The notes beneath the pieces are model-generated. The model ran no database searches and was not told the DNA's origin. It was given only the letters and a program-made list of their open reading frames with translations. A stretch of DNA of 64,000 nt from an uncultured virus (IMG/VR IMGVR_UViG_3300021599_002318) (lineage: Duplodnaviria > Heunggongvirae > Uroviricota > Caudoviricetes): the IMG/VR virus record IMGVR_UViG_3300021599_002318, positions 1 through 64,000 of that record; one strand, given 5' to 3'. Position 1 is the stretch's first letter. Each line of letters starts with the position of its first letter. Positions 54,807 to 64,000 of the stretch are shown here, one piece after another. A program made the translations under genes and the position numbers.

Positions 54807-56493
54807 CTATAAAATTATACCGAGTAGTCTGACTTTCCAAAGTGCTCCTTTTGTTGACCAGGAAATCACCTTGACCTTACAAGAAAAACAACAAGAAATT
54901 ACTGAATATGATAGAAGTCAAACAATAAGTTTAGCTCAGGTTTATGACGATGAGAGACAGGAATCTACAGTCTTCAGACCGACATTCAAACTTAGTTATT
55001 TGTATTCCAACACTTATACAGGAACAACTGAATACATTCCATTTAGAAATAATCTGTTTTATGTAAACCCTGAGGTTTCAACGGTCAGCACAATTTGGAA
55101 AGGATTCCCTCAGTTTTATGAGTTTGATTTCTACAGACCCGATGTTAAAGACCAACATTTTCCATATAAATCTAAAAGTGCTTATACCTACAATTGGACA
55201 TATTATCTAACATATCCTTACGAAAACCAATATAATAAACAATTAACATATTATTCTAATAACACACCAATCAATTGGGTTGCAGGAGACGGAATTCCAT
55301 TTGAAATATTTAACTCACAACAAAATGGTGACAACATAATAAGTTTTAGATGTATTGCTCCTCATGGAGTTTTACCTAATGAATATGTCGAACTATCACT
55401 CACATATAGGAATGAAAAGATTTTCCAAGTATATTCTTTAGGTAACGGATTAGTTGAATCTGACCCTTATATCTTCAATGTTTTAAATGTTGGATACACT
55501 GGCTCTACTTTCAACAACGGAACTAGAGGAACTTTTAAAAGAGTTATCAATCCAGATAATCTTAATGAGACTAAATCGAAATACTACATCAAAAAACTAA
55601 AGGTTGTGACAAATTTGGACGATATCATTGTAACAAAAGCTGGTTTTGAAAAAAATGTTTTTGGTGAAGAAAGAAAATTTGAATACAGTTCGATTACTCC
55701 CAATAAAGTCACGAGGGTTTCTCAGAAGACAAGTAGTAACGCTTATTCGTTCACGTCCGCATACGATTTGGATTTCGCTTCCCTAAAAGATAACAACGGT
55801 AGACCGTTAAACGAGATTAATCTAACTGTGATAAATAAAGGTTATTCAGGTTATTTCAATCAGCCTAATAATGGTGTCGGAATAAAACAGGGATGGGAAT
55901 TCAATCTTTCAAAAAATATTAATCCGTGGTGGGATTTGAATAACACACAGTCAAACTCATCTATTCAAACATCAGCATATACTTTGACAAGTGGTGTAAC
56001 AAAGACATTCACTTATAATTTAGACTTGAAAAGAGCAGATGTTATTGATGGTGATTTTTGTGAGTGGAATGATTATGAACAAATCGAAAGGGTCATATCA
56101 AAATACTATCAAAAAATAAAATACAATCAAAGTGTGTTTCAAACAACAAATAACAGTAATACGAACTCACCTGGTTTTTACTATGAGCCACATATCCCTA
56201 TGACCATAAGAATATTTTCAGATTACATCGAAACAGGAAATGTCGACGCGATTGAGAATATACCAAGCTGGGCTTTTTATTCTACCCAAGACAGAGAATT
56301 CAGATGGAGAGACCTATACACATATGGATTCAAAGATAGTTCAAACAGGGGTGTGGATTATCCTTTCTTTAACACGGCGCATTACCCTTTTGTATCTGCC
56401 GTATTTAGATTAATACCTGAGGGAATAGATTACAATGAATCTATTTTAGGTGTAGATGAACCAATTAAACCTTTGATAGATGGATGTGAATAA
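54799..56493 (+). CDS. Putative structural protein
   Basis: Long ORF in the baseplate operon. Likely ATG at 54799 overlaps the end of the upstream gene. Confidence 0.55.
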   Translation: MNNYKIIPSSLTFQSAPFVDQEITLTLQEKQQEITEYDRSQTISLAQVYDDERQESTVFRPTFKLSYLYSNTYTGTTEYIPFRNNLFYVNPEVSTVSTIWKGFPQFYEFDFYRPDVKDQHFPYKSKSAYTYNWTYYLTYPYENQYNKQLTYYSNNTPINWVAGDGIPFEIFNSQQNGDNIISFRCIAPHGVLPNEYVELSLTYRNEKIFQVYSLGNGLVESDPYIFNVLNVGYTGSTFNNGTRGTFKRVINPDNLNETKSKYYIKKLKVVTNLDDIIVTKAGFEKNVFGEERKFEYSSITPNKVTRVSQKTSSNAYSFTSAYDLDFASLKDNNGRPLNEINLTVINKGYSGYFNQPNNGVGIKQGWEFNLSKNINPWWDLNNTQSNSSIQTSAYTLTSGVTKTFTYNLDLKRADVIDGDFCEWNDYEQIERVISKYYQKIKYNQSVFQTTNNSNTNSPGFYYEPHIPMTIRIFSDYIETGNVDAIENIPSWAFYSTQDREFRWRDLYTYGFKDSSNRGVDYPFFNTAHYPFVSAVFRLIPEGIDYNESILGVDEPIKPLIDGCE

Positions 56494-57412
56494 ATTTCAA
56501 ATTTTAAGAGAGGGGGGAATATCCAAACAAATTAATATTCCGATTCAGATGACTTGGGATTATTTGGGTTTGGATGACTCTATTGATGAATATGAAACTC
56601 AAATAGTTAAAGAGGTTATTGGTGATGGTAGAGACTTTGAGGTAACAAGATTTAGTCACGCCCCACATAACAGCCCCTCAATCTTTATCAATCCAACGAC
56701 GGGCCAAGTAACTCAATCAAATATAGTTGGAGGTTCAGACTCTACTGTATGTAATTATGAATTTTATTTTTATTCAGGTGGTTCGATTAATGATTTGAAT
56801 AATTGGCAGATTAACTACTTAGGAGAAGGATTTACACCTCAAGACTTATACTACTATAATAACTCATTTACGAACTCGTTTTTTAAGTTGGACCTTTATG
56901 ACACTCCTGATGAAAAAAGACAAACAAACTACCTAACAATCATCATACCAACCCAACAAGGTCTGAAGATGGACACTCGAATGCAAAGAGCCACAGTCTC
57001 AGTAAAGAAACCAAAGTTTATTTTGGATTTCATCGGAGACAAAGAGGGTTTCTTTATCTACTGGTTAAAGAAAAGAGAATTTTTGAACATATCAACATTC
57101 TATATGTCAGCCAAGTTTTATAACGCAGGAACTGGTCAATTTACCAAAATGATGACAGGTAGAGGATGGGACCCTCAAAGTTCGACTCCTCCTTGTCAAC
57201 AACAATGGCCAACTCCATTTAATGTTGATAGAACCTTGGGACCACAGTCATGTATGTCGGTAGGAGAAAGAAATACATTCGACAACACACAATATTTTTA
57301 TTACACAGTTCAAATAGATTATCCAACACAAACATATCAGGTGTATAATACTGCTGGACAAAGATTGGGAACAAGTATACCCATAAAATGGTTTGAATAT
57401 ATAAATCCATGA
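56480..57412 (+). CDS. Putative structural protein
   Basis: 310 aa ORF overlapping its neighbours in the operon. Confidence 0.55.
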   Translation: MDVNKFQILREGGISKQINIPIQMTWDYLGLDDSIDEYETQIVKEVIGDGRDFEVTRFSHAPHNSPSIFINPTTGQVTQSNIVGGSDSTVCNYEFYFYSGGSINDLNNWQINYLGEGFTPQDLYYYNNSFTNSFFKLDLYDTPDEKRQTNYLTIIIPTQQGLKMDTRMQRATVSVKKPKFILDFIGDKEGFFIYWLKKREFLNISTFYMSAKFYNAGTGQFTKMMTGRGWDPQSSTPPCQQQWPTPFNVDRTLGPQSCMSVGERNTFDNTQYFYYTVQIDYPTQTYQVYNTAGQRLGTSIPIKWFEYINP

Positions 57413-58515
57413 GTCAAGATTACTATAAGGTTATTATTTCACCTGAGACCGTAAAAGGGGATATTGCTGTTGTAAATTACAATAATACTTCAGTCGGTGT
57501 ATATTCTGCAATGACCAAGGTTGTGAGTTCAGGACCTGGTGGGTCCTCGTTATTGAAGGAGGTGTCGGTTCCGATATTACTTAGACAAAGTGCGGTTGAT
57601 TGTGGCTATTATAGTCCTTTTGACGGAGCGGTATTACAGAAAGATGTTGTGGCGAATTTTTTGTTCTCAGCAACTACTGGAAGTCCAATGACATATTATG
57701 TTTATAATACTTCGGACCAATTCCAAAATTTCTTGCAGCTCTCTGCCTACAGAGTCGATTGGGGTGATAATTCACCAAAACAATCAATTACAAATTATGC
57801 ACCCAATTCAATAAACCATACATATCCCACTCCGCCAGTTGGAACTACAAAAGATTACAAAATCACGTTGGAACAAATCAACCCTTGGGGTGTAACAACT
57901 GTCACTAAAACAATTTCAGTTCCTTACAGTAAAGTAACAATATTCAATCCACAAGGTGAATGTTTCTTTGCACCATCATTTGGTAATTGGATTGGAACCC
58001 CTGTTTCATATGATTATATATTTTCAGGTGATGCAGAAAACAATGTTCAAGACCAAGTGAGTTCGAAATATATAACAATTCCGTTTACGGTGTCAGGGGT
58101 AAGTAGGTCTAGAATCACAGAATTGAAACCTTACGGTAATTTAACAATTAATCAAAGAATCAATTTACCAATCATAAATAATGGGGTGCTGTGGGGTTCA
58201 ATTACTAATGTTGGAAATGGTTTTACTGCTTACACTATCCAAGACACCAACTATATTGACTATGGAGATGGAACTACAATTTTCTATCAACCATCATCTG
58301 GTTTAACCGAATATAACATAACCGCGGTGCCGATAACAAAAAATGAAACTTTGCTTAAAGTAATGGACCAACCTCAGATTCAAACAAACGTATTTGTTGA
58401 GAGAGGGAAGAACAGTGCTTACGAAAGGGTCCAAAGACTTGGTGAGGTGGACAACTTGGGTGACATGATAAACTATGGTTATGGTTTTTTTAATGTCATT
58501 AAAAAAGATACATAA
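57409..58515 (+). CDS. Putative structural protein with PKD-like domain
   Basis: VDWGDNS...HTYP...YKITL..NPWG. Confidence 0.55.
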   Translation: MSQDYYKVIISPETVKGDIAVVNYNNTSVGVYSAMTKVVSSGPGGSSLLKEVSVPILLRQSAVDCGYYSPFDGAVLQKDVVANFLFSATTGSPMTYYVYNTSDQFQNFLQLSAYRVDWGDNSPKQSITNYAPNSINHTYPTPPVGTTKDYKITLEQINPWGVTTVTKTISVPYSKVTIFNPQGECFFAPSFGNWIGTPVSYDYIFSGDAENNVQDQVSSKYITIPFTVSGVSRSRITELKPYGNLTINQRINLPIINNGVLWGSITNVGNGFTAYTIQDTNYIDYGDGTTIFYQPSSGLTEYNITAVPITKNETLLKVMDQPQIQTNVFVERGKNSAYERVQRLGEVDNLGDMINYGYGFFNVIKKDT

Positions 58516-58540
58516 ACTATTTATAGAAAAATAATTTTAT

Positions 58541-59449
58541 ATGGCAATTGGCTCATATGGCACGATAAGACCTTCAGATGTTTCACCAGAAGATGTTGAA
58601 ATCATAATGAATTATACCCCGACAAGAGACGCCACAGATAACTTCGTTTTAAGTAAACTCGATGCTCAAACAATATTGAGACCATATTTCGAAAACACTG
58701 AAACAGGAGGAAACTCAGGGGTTGAAGTAATAGGAGGATTATATAATCTAACTCTTCCTGCAAATCAGTTCAATGCTTTGGGAATCTATACTCTATATTT
58801 GAGACCAGCTCAGATAAGAACAATAATCACAGATTGTGGTGTTTTAAGTGCATTACCTAATGTCAAAGGACTTGTGATTGACTTAAACAACGTTGACCCA
58901 CAATTCCTTAACAAATTTGTTCCACAAGGGTTGGTGGGATTCAGAATCGAATATCTTAATCCTGATGGTTCGAAGATTCCAAACTTCTTCAGAGTTGTAA
59001 CTTCTTGTTTCTACTGTGAGGCGGTGGTTGCAAATGAGGTTAATACATCTCAAAAGTCAATCAGATATAGATACGTTGATAACAATTCTAACTTGTTATT
59101 CCTGACGGTATCACCATCTTCATCACCAACAAACAGACCAAATGCAACACCGTATATTGGACAACCTGACCAAGGAATAATAATAACAAACACCTTTTTC
59201 AATCCTGTAACTGTTGAAATTGAAATGGTCGAATACGATATATCATCTCTTGCAATTGCACTTTATGGTAATCAAACCAAATCTATCGACGATGGAATCT
59301 ACACCATCTATGATAGTCAAAATAACATTTACAGACAGTATAACTTGTATGAAATTAGAGACCAATTCAATGCATTATTATATGAGGTTAGACAGAACAG
59401 AGGTGATAATATTGATTTCAGTAAGAATTTTACATCAATTACTAGTTAA
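58541..59449 (+). CDS. Putative baseplate/structural protein
   Basis: 302 aa, TATTTATA upstream, operon context. Confidence 0.5.
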   Translation: MAIGSYGTIRPSDVSPEDVEIIMNYTPTRDATDNFVLSKLDAQTILRPYFENTETGGNSGVEVIGGLYNLTLPANQFNALGIYTLYLRPAQIRTIITDCGVLSALPNVKGLVIDLNNVDPQFLNKFVPQGLVGFRIEYLNPDGSKIPNFFRVVTSCFYCEAVVANEVNTSQKSIRYRYVDNNSNLLFLTVSPSSSPTNRPNATPYIGQPDQGIIITNTFFNPVTVEIEMVEYDISSLAIALYGNQTKSIDDGIYTIYDSQNNIYRQYNLYEIRDQFNALLYEVRQNRGDNIDFSKNFTSITS

Positions 59450-62427
59450 TGGCGACATCAAGAAGAACAACTAAATTTTTCTATCCGCCAAGACCAGGAA
59501 GTGGGGCGGCTACCTTCTCTGACAATATTGTAGGATTGCAGACAGTTGAAGGGGGCGGTCTCACGCAAGGTAACTTCGAATTCACAACTTCTATTGTGGA
59601 GAAAGTGAATCGTAGATTTAATGTTGGTGCTTTTTCGGAGCCTATAGATTTGGATTATCTTGATGTTGATACACTTGCTGAGAGTAGAAGAATTCAAGCG
59701 ACTCAATTCAGGGTTTACCCGAACTATGATTTGTCTCAGGTTACAAATTTCACATTATATGGTTCACTATCAAAAAGATTTCAAGTATCAATTACTCATA
59801 TTATAAGTGTATTTCCTGCTTCTTTAGATATTCAATTTTTGAACGATGATTTCCTAACTGGATTTACAGCACAGAATGTCGCGTATGACCCGATTTATGA
59901 TGAAACAAGTTTTGAAGTAAGTGTTAATAGAATCAAAAACCCATTTGACGTTGATTATTCTGTAAGTGCGGCCACAAACCTAAACATGAGAGAAATTGGT
60001 GTGTCACCTTATAGGAATCTCTACAATACTTACTTAGATTACTGCGTATCAATCAATGATGATATTTTCAAAGTTATTTCATTTACACCCTCTCAAACAT
60101 TATCAAGTGGTATAATCAAATTCACTGTTTCCGGTGCACCTTTTGGACAAACCGCAACAACAAGTATTCAAGAGTATCAAATAAGACCGAATGATTTCAT
60201 AGTTGACAGAATTTTTGCTGAGAGTTTGGATGAGGTTGAAAAGTTTCTGATGAATAGATTGGTTAGACCTGAATACACAGCTGTGTTCCAAATACCACAG
60301 CAAACGGAAGGGGGTCAGTTTTATACAAACAACCAATCTGTAACATGGCCTAAGGACGGTCCATGGAATTTAGATATTCGTTCTTTCTTATTCGAAGAGT
60401 ATTTGACACAATTGGAAACAATTGCGGTAAATCTTGATTCATATAAAACAAATTTAATTTCAAGATTTTTTGTTTCAGATTCATTGAAAGAATTTGATAC
60501 ATTAGGAAGGAAAGCCGAAAAGATTTTTCAAATTTACGGAAGAAGTTTTGACCAAGTCAAAAACTTCATCGACGCTTTAGCGTTTATGAACTCTGTAAAT
60601 TATAATGTTGGTAATGACATCCCATCTCAATTGTTAGTTAACCTATCTCAAACCTTGGGATGGAGTTCAAATTTTTCACCTATTACTGATACGGACTTTT
60701 TAGATTCGATTTTTGGAAATACACAAACACCTTCATATCCAGGTTATGCGAGAGCCCTTACACCAACTGAAATCAACTACGCATTTTATAGGAATTTGAT
60801 TCTCAACTCAGCATACCTTTTCAAATCAAAAGGAACGAGACGAAGTGTTGAGTTTATGATGAGATTGATTGGTGCACCCGAGTCGTTAATAGAATTCAAC
60901 GAGCACATCTATTTGGCTGACCAAAAAATCAACATGGAACAGTTCGACACACAATATGCGGCCATAACAGGTGGAACTTATGTTCAAAACACACCGGCTT
61001 ATCTACCAGGTTCTACATATAAAATAAAAGGAAAAACCTTTACAGCCTTCACAACTGTTGACACCTATCAAGATGTTCAGATAAATCTAGATGATTATCC
61101 AATAGACGCTCAAGGATTTCCTAAGGCTCCCGTAAATACGGAATCTTATTTCTTCCAATTGGGTGCTGGTTGGTATGAAAGCACACCACAACATAGAAGT
61201 CCAGATGAGGTTCAAATTACAGGACAAATCTATACAGGTCAGAACTACGATATTCAAACTCAACTACAACCATTTACATATGGTCAAAAATATCTCGATA
61301 GGTTCAGAGATTTTCCTTATATGACCGAGGGATTCAAACTTAAAAAAGTTGTTGACAATAATAAGTCGTGGCTTGAAGAGGATGACAAGATAAGAGTTTC
61401 AAGGGATGCTAATTTCAACGCTTATTATTATGCGGACAATGAAAAACTCGTATTGAATGTTAAAAACATAGATTTGTTTTTGAATGCTTCACAAGGACTT
61501 GTTTACGACGTTTGGGTTTCTTCAAGAAAATACGACTACCCGATTCCTGAATCAGGTCTGACAATTGGATATCCAGTTCCAGGTGGAGTCGACTCAACTT
61601 TTATCAAACCCGAACCAAAAAAGAAAACATTCTTCGAATTCTACCAAACTTTTTGGGAGAATATGATTAATACTAGAAACAGACAATATATCACTGATGG
61701 TAAAACAGGAGGATATCCAACTCTTCAATCGGTTTGGTGGAAGTATATCCAATCAGAACAAACAGTGGGTATACCAAACAACAAATATACGTATCAAAAA
61801 CTAATCGACTACATCAACGGATTGGGTCCGTGGTGGATGAAGTTAGTAGAGCAAATGATACCTGCAACCACAATATGGAATACAGGTTCAAGACTCGAAA
61901 ACTCAATACTACACAGACAAAAATACGTTTATAGAAGACAAAGAGGTTGTGAAATAATTCCTGTGCCAGTTGAGCCTTGTTTTATAATAACAAACATTTT
62001 TGATTACACATGTCAAACAGAATATGTTGACTTCAACATATATCCTTGGTTAAATGGTGATACAAATGTATCAAACTTCCAATCGATTTTAGCAAATAGA
62101 CTAAACATAATGCTCGAAGCACAAGTATTAACCTTAAACGATTGTGTTCAAAGTTCAGTTGAAACAAATTGGTATGTTGATTTGGAAATTGCGGGACAAA
62201 AAATTATACAACAACCTTTCTACACAGGGTATGGATTCACGGATGTTCCAACAAATTCAAATTGGAGAAATGCTTTGATTCAATATCTACCAGCAGTCTA
62301 CGATTATGGGTTTACATATTTCCTAAATGGAAATAATTTATCAATAACTAATTCGACATGCACACCAAGAAACATGAATGAAACAGTCAAACTAAACGTA
62401 TGTATTAACATAAGCATAAATTGTTAA
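59449..62427 (+). CDS. Baseplate wedge protein (gp7 / P2 gpI-like domain)
   Basis: IPSQLLVNLSQTLGW...LFKSKGTRRSVEFMMRLIG. Confidence 0.6.
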   Translation: MATSRRTTKFFYPPRPGSGAATFSDNIVGLQTVEGGGLTQGNFEFTTSIVEKVNRRFNVGAFSEPIDLDYLDVDTLAESRRIQATQFRVYPNYDLSQVTNFTLYGSLSKRFQVSITHIISVFPASLDIQFLNDDFLTGFTAQNVAYDPIYDETSFEVSVNRIKNPFDVDYSVSAATNLNMREIGVSPYRNLYNTYLDYCVSINDDIFKVISFTPSQTLSSGIIKFTVSGAPFGQTATTSIQEYQIRPNDFIVDRIFAESLDEVEKFLMNRLVRPEYTAVFQIPQQTEGGQFYTNNQSVTWPKDGPWNLDIRSFLFEEYLTQLETIAVNLDSYKTNLISRFFVSDSLKEFDTLGRKAEKIFQIYGRSFDQVKNFIDALAFMNSVNYNVGNDIPSQLLVNLSQTLGWSSNFSPITDTDFLDSIFGNTQTPSYPGYARALTPTEINYAFYRNLILNSAYLFKSKGTRRSVEFMMRLIGAPESLIEFNEHIYLADQKINMEQFDTQYAAITGGTYVQNTPAYLPGSTYKIKGKTFTAFTTVDTYQDVQINLDDYPIDAQGFPKAPVNTESYFFQLGAGWYESTPQHRSPDEVQITGQIYTGQNYDIQTQLQPFTYGQKYLDRFRDFPYMTEGFKLKKVVDNNKSWLEEDDKIRVSRDANFNAYYYADNEKLVLNVKNIDLFLNASQGLVYDVWVSSRKYDYPIPESGLTIGYPVPGGVDSTFIKPEPKKKTFFEFYQTFWENMINTRNRQYITDGKTGGYPTLQSVWWKYIQSEQTVGIPNNKYTYQKLIDYINGLGPWWMKLVEQMIPATTIWNTGSRLENSILHRQKYVYRRQRGCEIIPVPVEPCFIITNIFDYTCQTEYVDFNIYPWLNGDTNVSNFQSILANRLNIMLEAQVLTLNDCVQSSVETNWYVDLEIAGQKIIQQPFYTGYGFTDVPTNSNWRNALIQYLPAVYDYGFTYFLNGNNLSITNSTCTPRNMNETVKLNVCINISINC

Positions 62428-62432
62428 ATTGA

Positions 62433-64000
62433 ATGGCATTATTTGATTATACATTATTAGTAACAGGGGATTGTCAAAATAACGGAAGCGGTGCATTCCA
62501 AATCTCTTTCTCAGGTGGTATAGAACCATATACCGTCCAATTTGTTGACCCTTATTATCCGACGGTTACATTAGCTGAAAATGCGCCAGTAACCAAATCA
62601 GGATTATTTAGTTCAGTCGTCCTAATGACTGTGAATGATAGCACTTTACCAACAAATCAAGAAATTAATGTTAACATACCTATTTCGAGTGGAGTGTGTT
62701 GTAGTGTTCTCGGTGTTCAGAACACCACTTGTGCTGAAAACAATGGTTCTGTTACTGGTTCCTCTAATACGATTTATTCTTCTGCAAATTATTCTGTCTT
62801 CTCAGGTGACGGAACACTTGTTCAAACTTTCCTTTCAAGCAACCCAACCGTAATTTTTGAAAATCTTTCGGCCGGAACATATTACTTGGCCGTTAGTGAT
62901 TTAGGTGGATGCTCAGGTTTTAGCCAAAGTTTTATCGTTGAACAATCTCTTCTCACCAACTACGGTTTATATTCCATACCTAATTCGAGTTGTGGAGGAA
63001 CCCCGATTGGTAAGATAATGGTCACGGGACTAACGGGACAAGGACCTTTTACTTATTTGTGGTCTAATGGTCAGACAGGTGCAACTGCAACAGGATTGAC
63101 TGAAGGATTATATTCGGTTGAAGTTAAAGATGGTTTTGGTTGTGTAAACATAAAAGATGCTGCTGTCGTCAACGTCGACCAAATGGGTGCGTTTTTCACA
63201 ACAGAAACCAATCCAAGTTGTTTCCAAAGCGATGGCTCAATTACTCTCACAATAACAGGTGGAAGTCAACCATATTATTACTCCGCGTCAACAGGCCAAG
63301 TTCTCATATCATATGCTCAAGATTTTACGATATCAGGATTATCTGCTGGTGATTACAATTTCTCAGTCACAGATGCTGGACTGTGTCAAATATTCACGGG
63401 GACTACTTTACTAACACCAAACGGGATGAGTTCTGTAAGTGTTGTTGGAACTAATTCTTATTGTTCAAGTAATGATGGATTGATAACTGTCACAGTTATA
63501 GGAGGACAAGGTCCCTTTACCTACACCTTGGTTGGCGACGGAGGAAACCAAAAAATTATTGTAGGACAACAACAAATTCAAACCTTTGAGAATTTATCTG
63601 CGGACACTTACTCAGTATTTGTTGAGGATTCTACAGGATGCCAATTTAGTCAAGAAGTGATAATATTGGCAATTAATAAATTCACACTTTCAACAGAAAT
63701 CACAGGAACAACGTGTAATCAAAACAACGGAAGTGTAAGAATTACTACATCACCAGGATATACTCTACCATTGGATTATTCAGTTGATGGAATATTGAAT
63801 GTTGTTGATACAAATTTAACAGCGGTAACATTTAATAACTTAACTTTTGGAAACCATGTTGTTACTGTTACTGACTCAACGGGATGTCAACAAACTCAAA
63901 CAATTTTCATCCCAAAAGGAGACAACTTAGATTTTAGTTTATATAGTATTAATTGTGGCTCAGGAAACGATGGTCAAATTACCGCATTCATCACTTCGGG
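62433..64000 (+). CDS. SprB-repeat adhesin or fibre-like protein, truncated by the window end (absent from the ORF track)
   Basis: ATG at 62433: MALFDYTLLVTGDCQNNGSG... Repeats include GQGPFTYLWSNGQTGATATGLTEGLYSVEVKDGFGC and GLSAGDYNFSVTDAGLC. Frame checked at the start, middle and end. Confidence 0.8.
   Translation, partial: MALFDYTLLVTGDCQNNGSGAFQISFSGGIEPYTVQFVDPYYPTVTLAENAPVTKSGLFSSVVLMTVNDSTLPTNQEINVNIPISSGVCCSVLGVQNTTCAENNGSVTGSSNTIYSSANYSVFSGDGTLVQTFLSSNPTVIFENLSAGTYYLAVSDLGGCSGFSQSFIVEQSLLTNYGLYSIPNSSCGGTPIGKIMVTGLTGQGPFTYLWSNGQTGATATGLTEGLYSVEVKDGFGCVNIKDAAVVNVDQMGAFFTTETNPSCFQSDGSITLTITGGSQPYYYSASTGQVLISYAQDFTISGLSAGDYNFSVTDAGLCQIFTGTTLLTPNGMSSVSVVGTNSYCSSNDGLITVTVIGGQGPFTYTLVGDGGNQKIIVGQQQIQTFENLSADTYSVFVEDSTGCQFSQEVIILAINKFTLSTEITGTTCNQNNGSVRITTSPGYTLPLDYSVDGILNVVDTNLTAVTFNNLTFGNHVVTVTDSTGCQQTQTIFIPKGDNLDFSLYSINCGSGNDGQITAFITS

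Noticed and set aside
1..64000. Stop-codon reassignment (alternative genetic code)
   Set aside because: Long intact ORFs tile the window in the standard code, and TAA, TAG and TGA all end genes. Reading through the TAG at 23475 hits TGA four codons later.
1..64000. Eukaryotic virus or cellular origin suggested by SET, SNF2, GT60 and SOD
   Set aside because: Sheath, tube, baseplate, gp32-like SSB, bacterial terminators and operon overlaps identify a tailed phage
1..64000. tRNA or rRNA genes
   Set aside because: Intergenic gaps are short and no cloverleaf or T-loop motif was recognised by eye; tRNAscan would be needed to exclude them fully

Overview
This 64 kb, AT-rich, densely coding window comes from a large contractile-tailed (myovirus or jumbo-like) dsDNA bacteriophage read in the standard genetic code. 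The host is probably a Bacteroidota, inferred from SprB-like repeats and A-rich starts lacking Shine-Dalgarno sites. Structural genes include neck, tail terminator, sheath, tube, chaperone, tape measure and very large baseplate/fibre genes. These are interleaved with a family B DNA polymerase, an SNF2 helicase and a replication block (gp32-like SSB, RecA/UvsX, 5'-3' exonuclease, DnaB-like helicase, class II RNR). The most interesting candidate system is a mucin-like Thr/Pro-rich protein directly followed by a GT60-type GlcNAc transferase, a GT25 and two HtrL-type transferases, which suggests phage-encoded O-glycosylation of a virion protein. Other highlights are an unannotated +1-frame extension of the tail chaperone (probable programmed frameshift), a SOD fused to a PD-(D/E)XK-like domain, and a recurring TATTTAT(A) late-promoter-like motif. 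Also notable are shared (I/L)xE leaders suggesting head-packaged cargo, a SET-SNF2 pair, and an OmpA-like domain inside a baseplate protein. All family assignments are from motif recognition by eye; no database searches were run.
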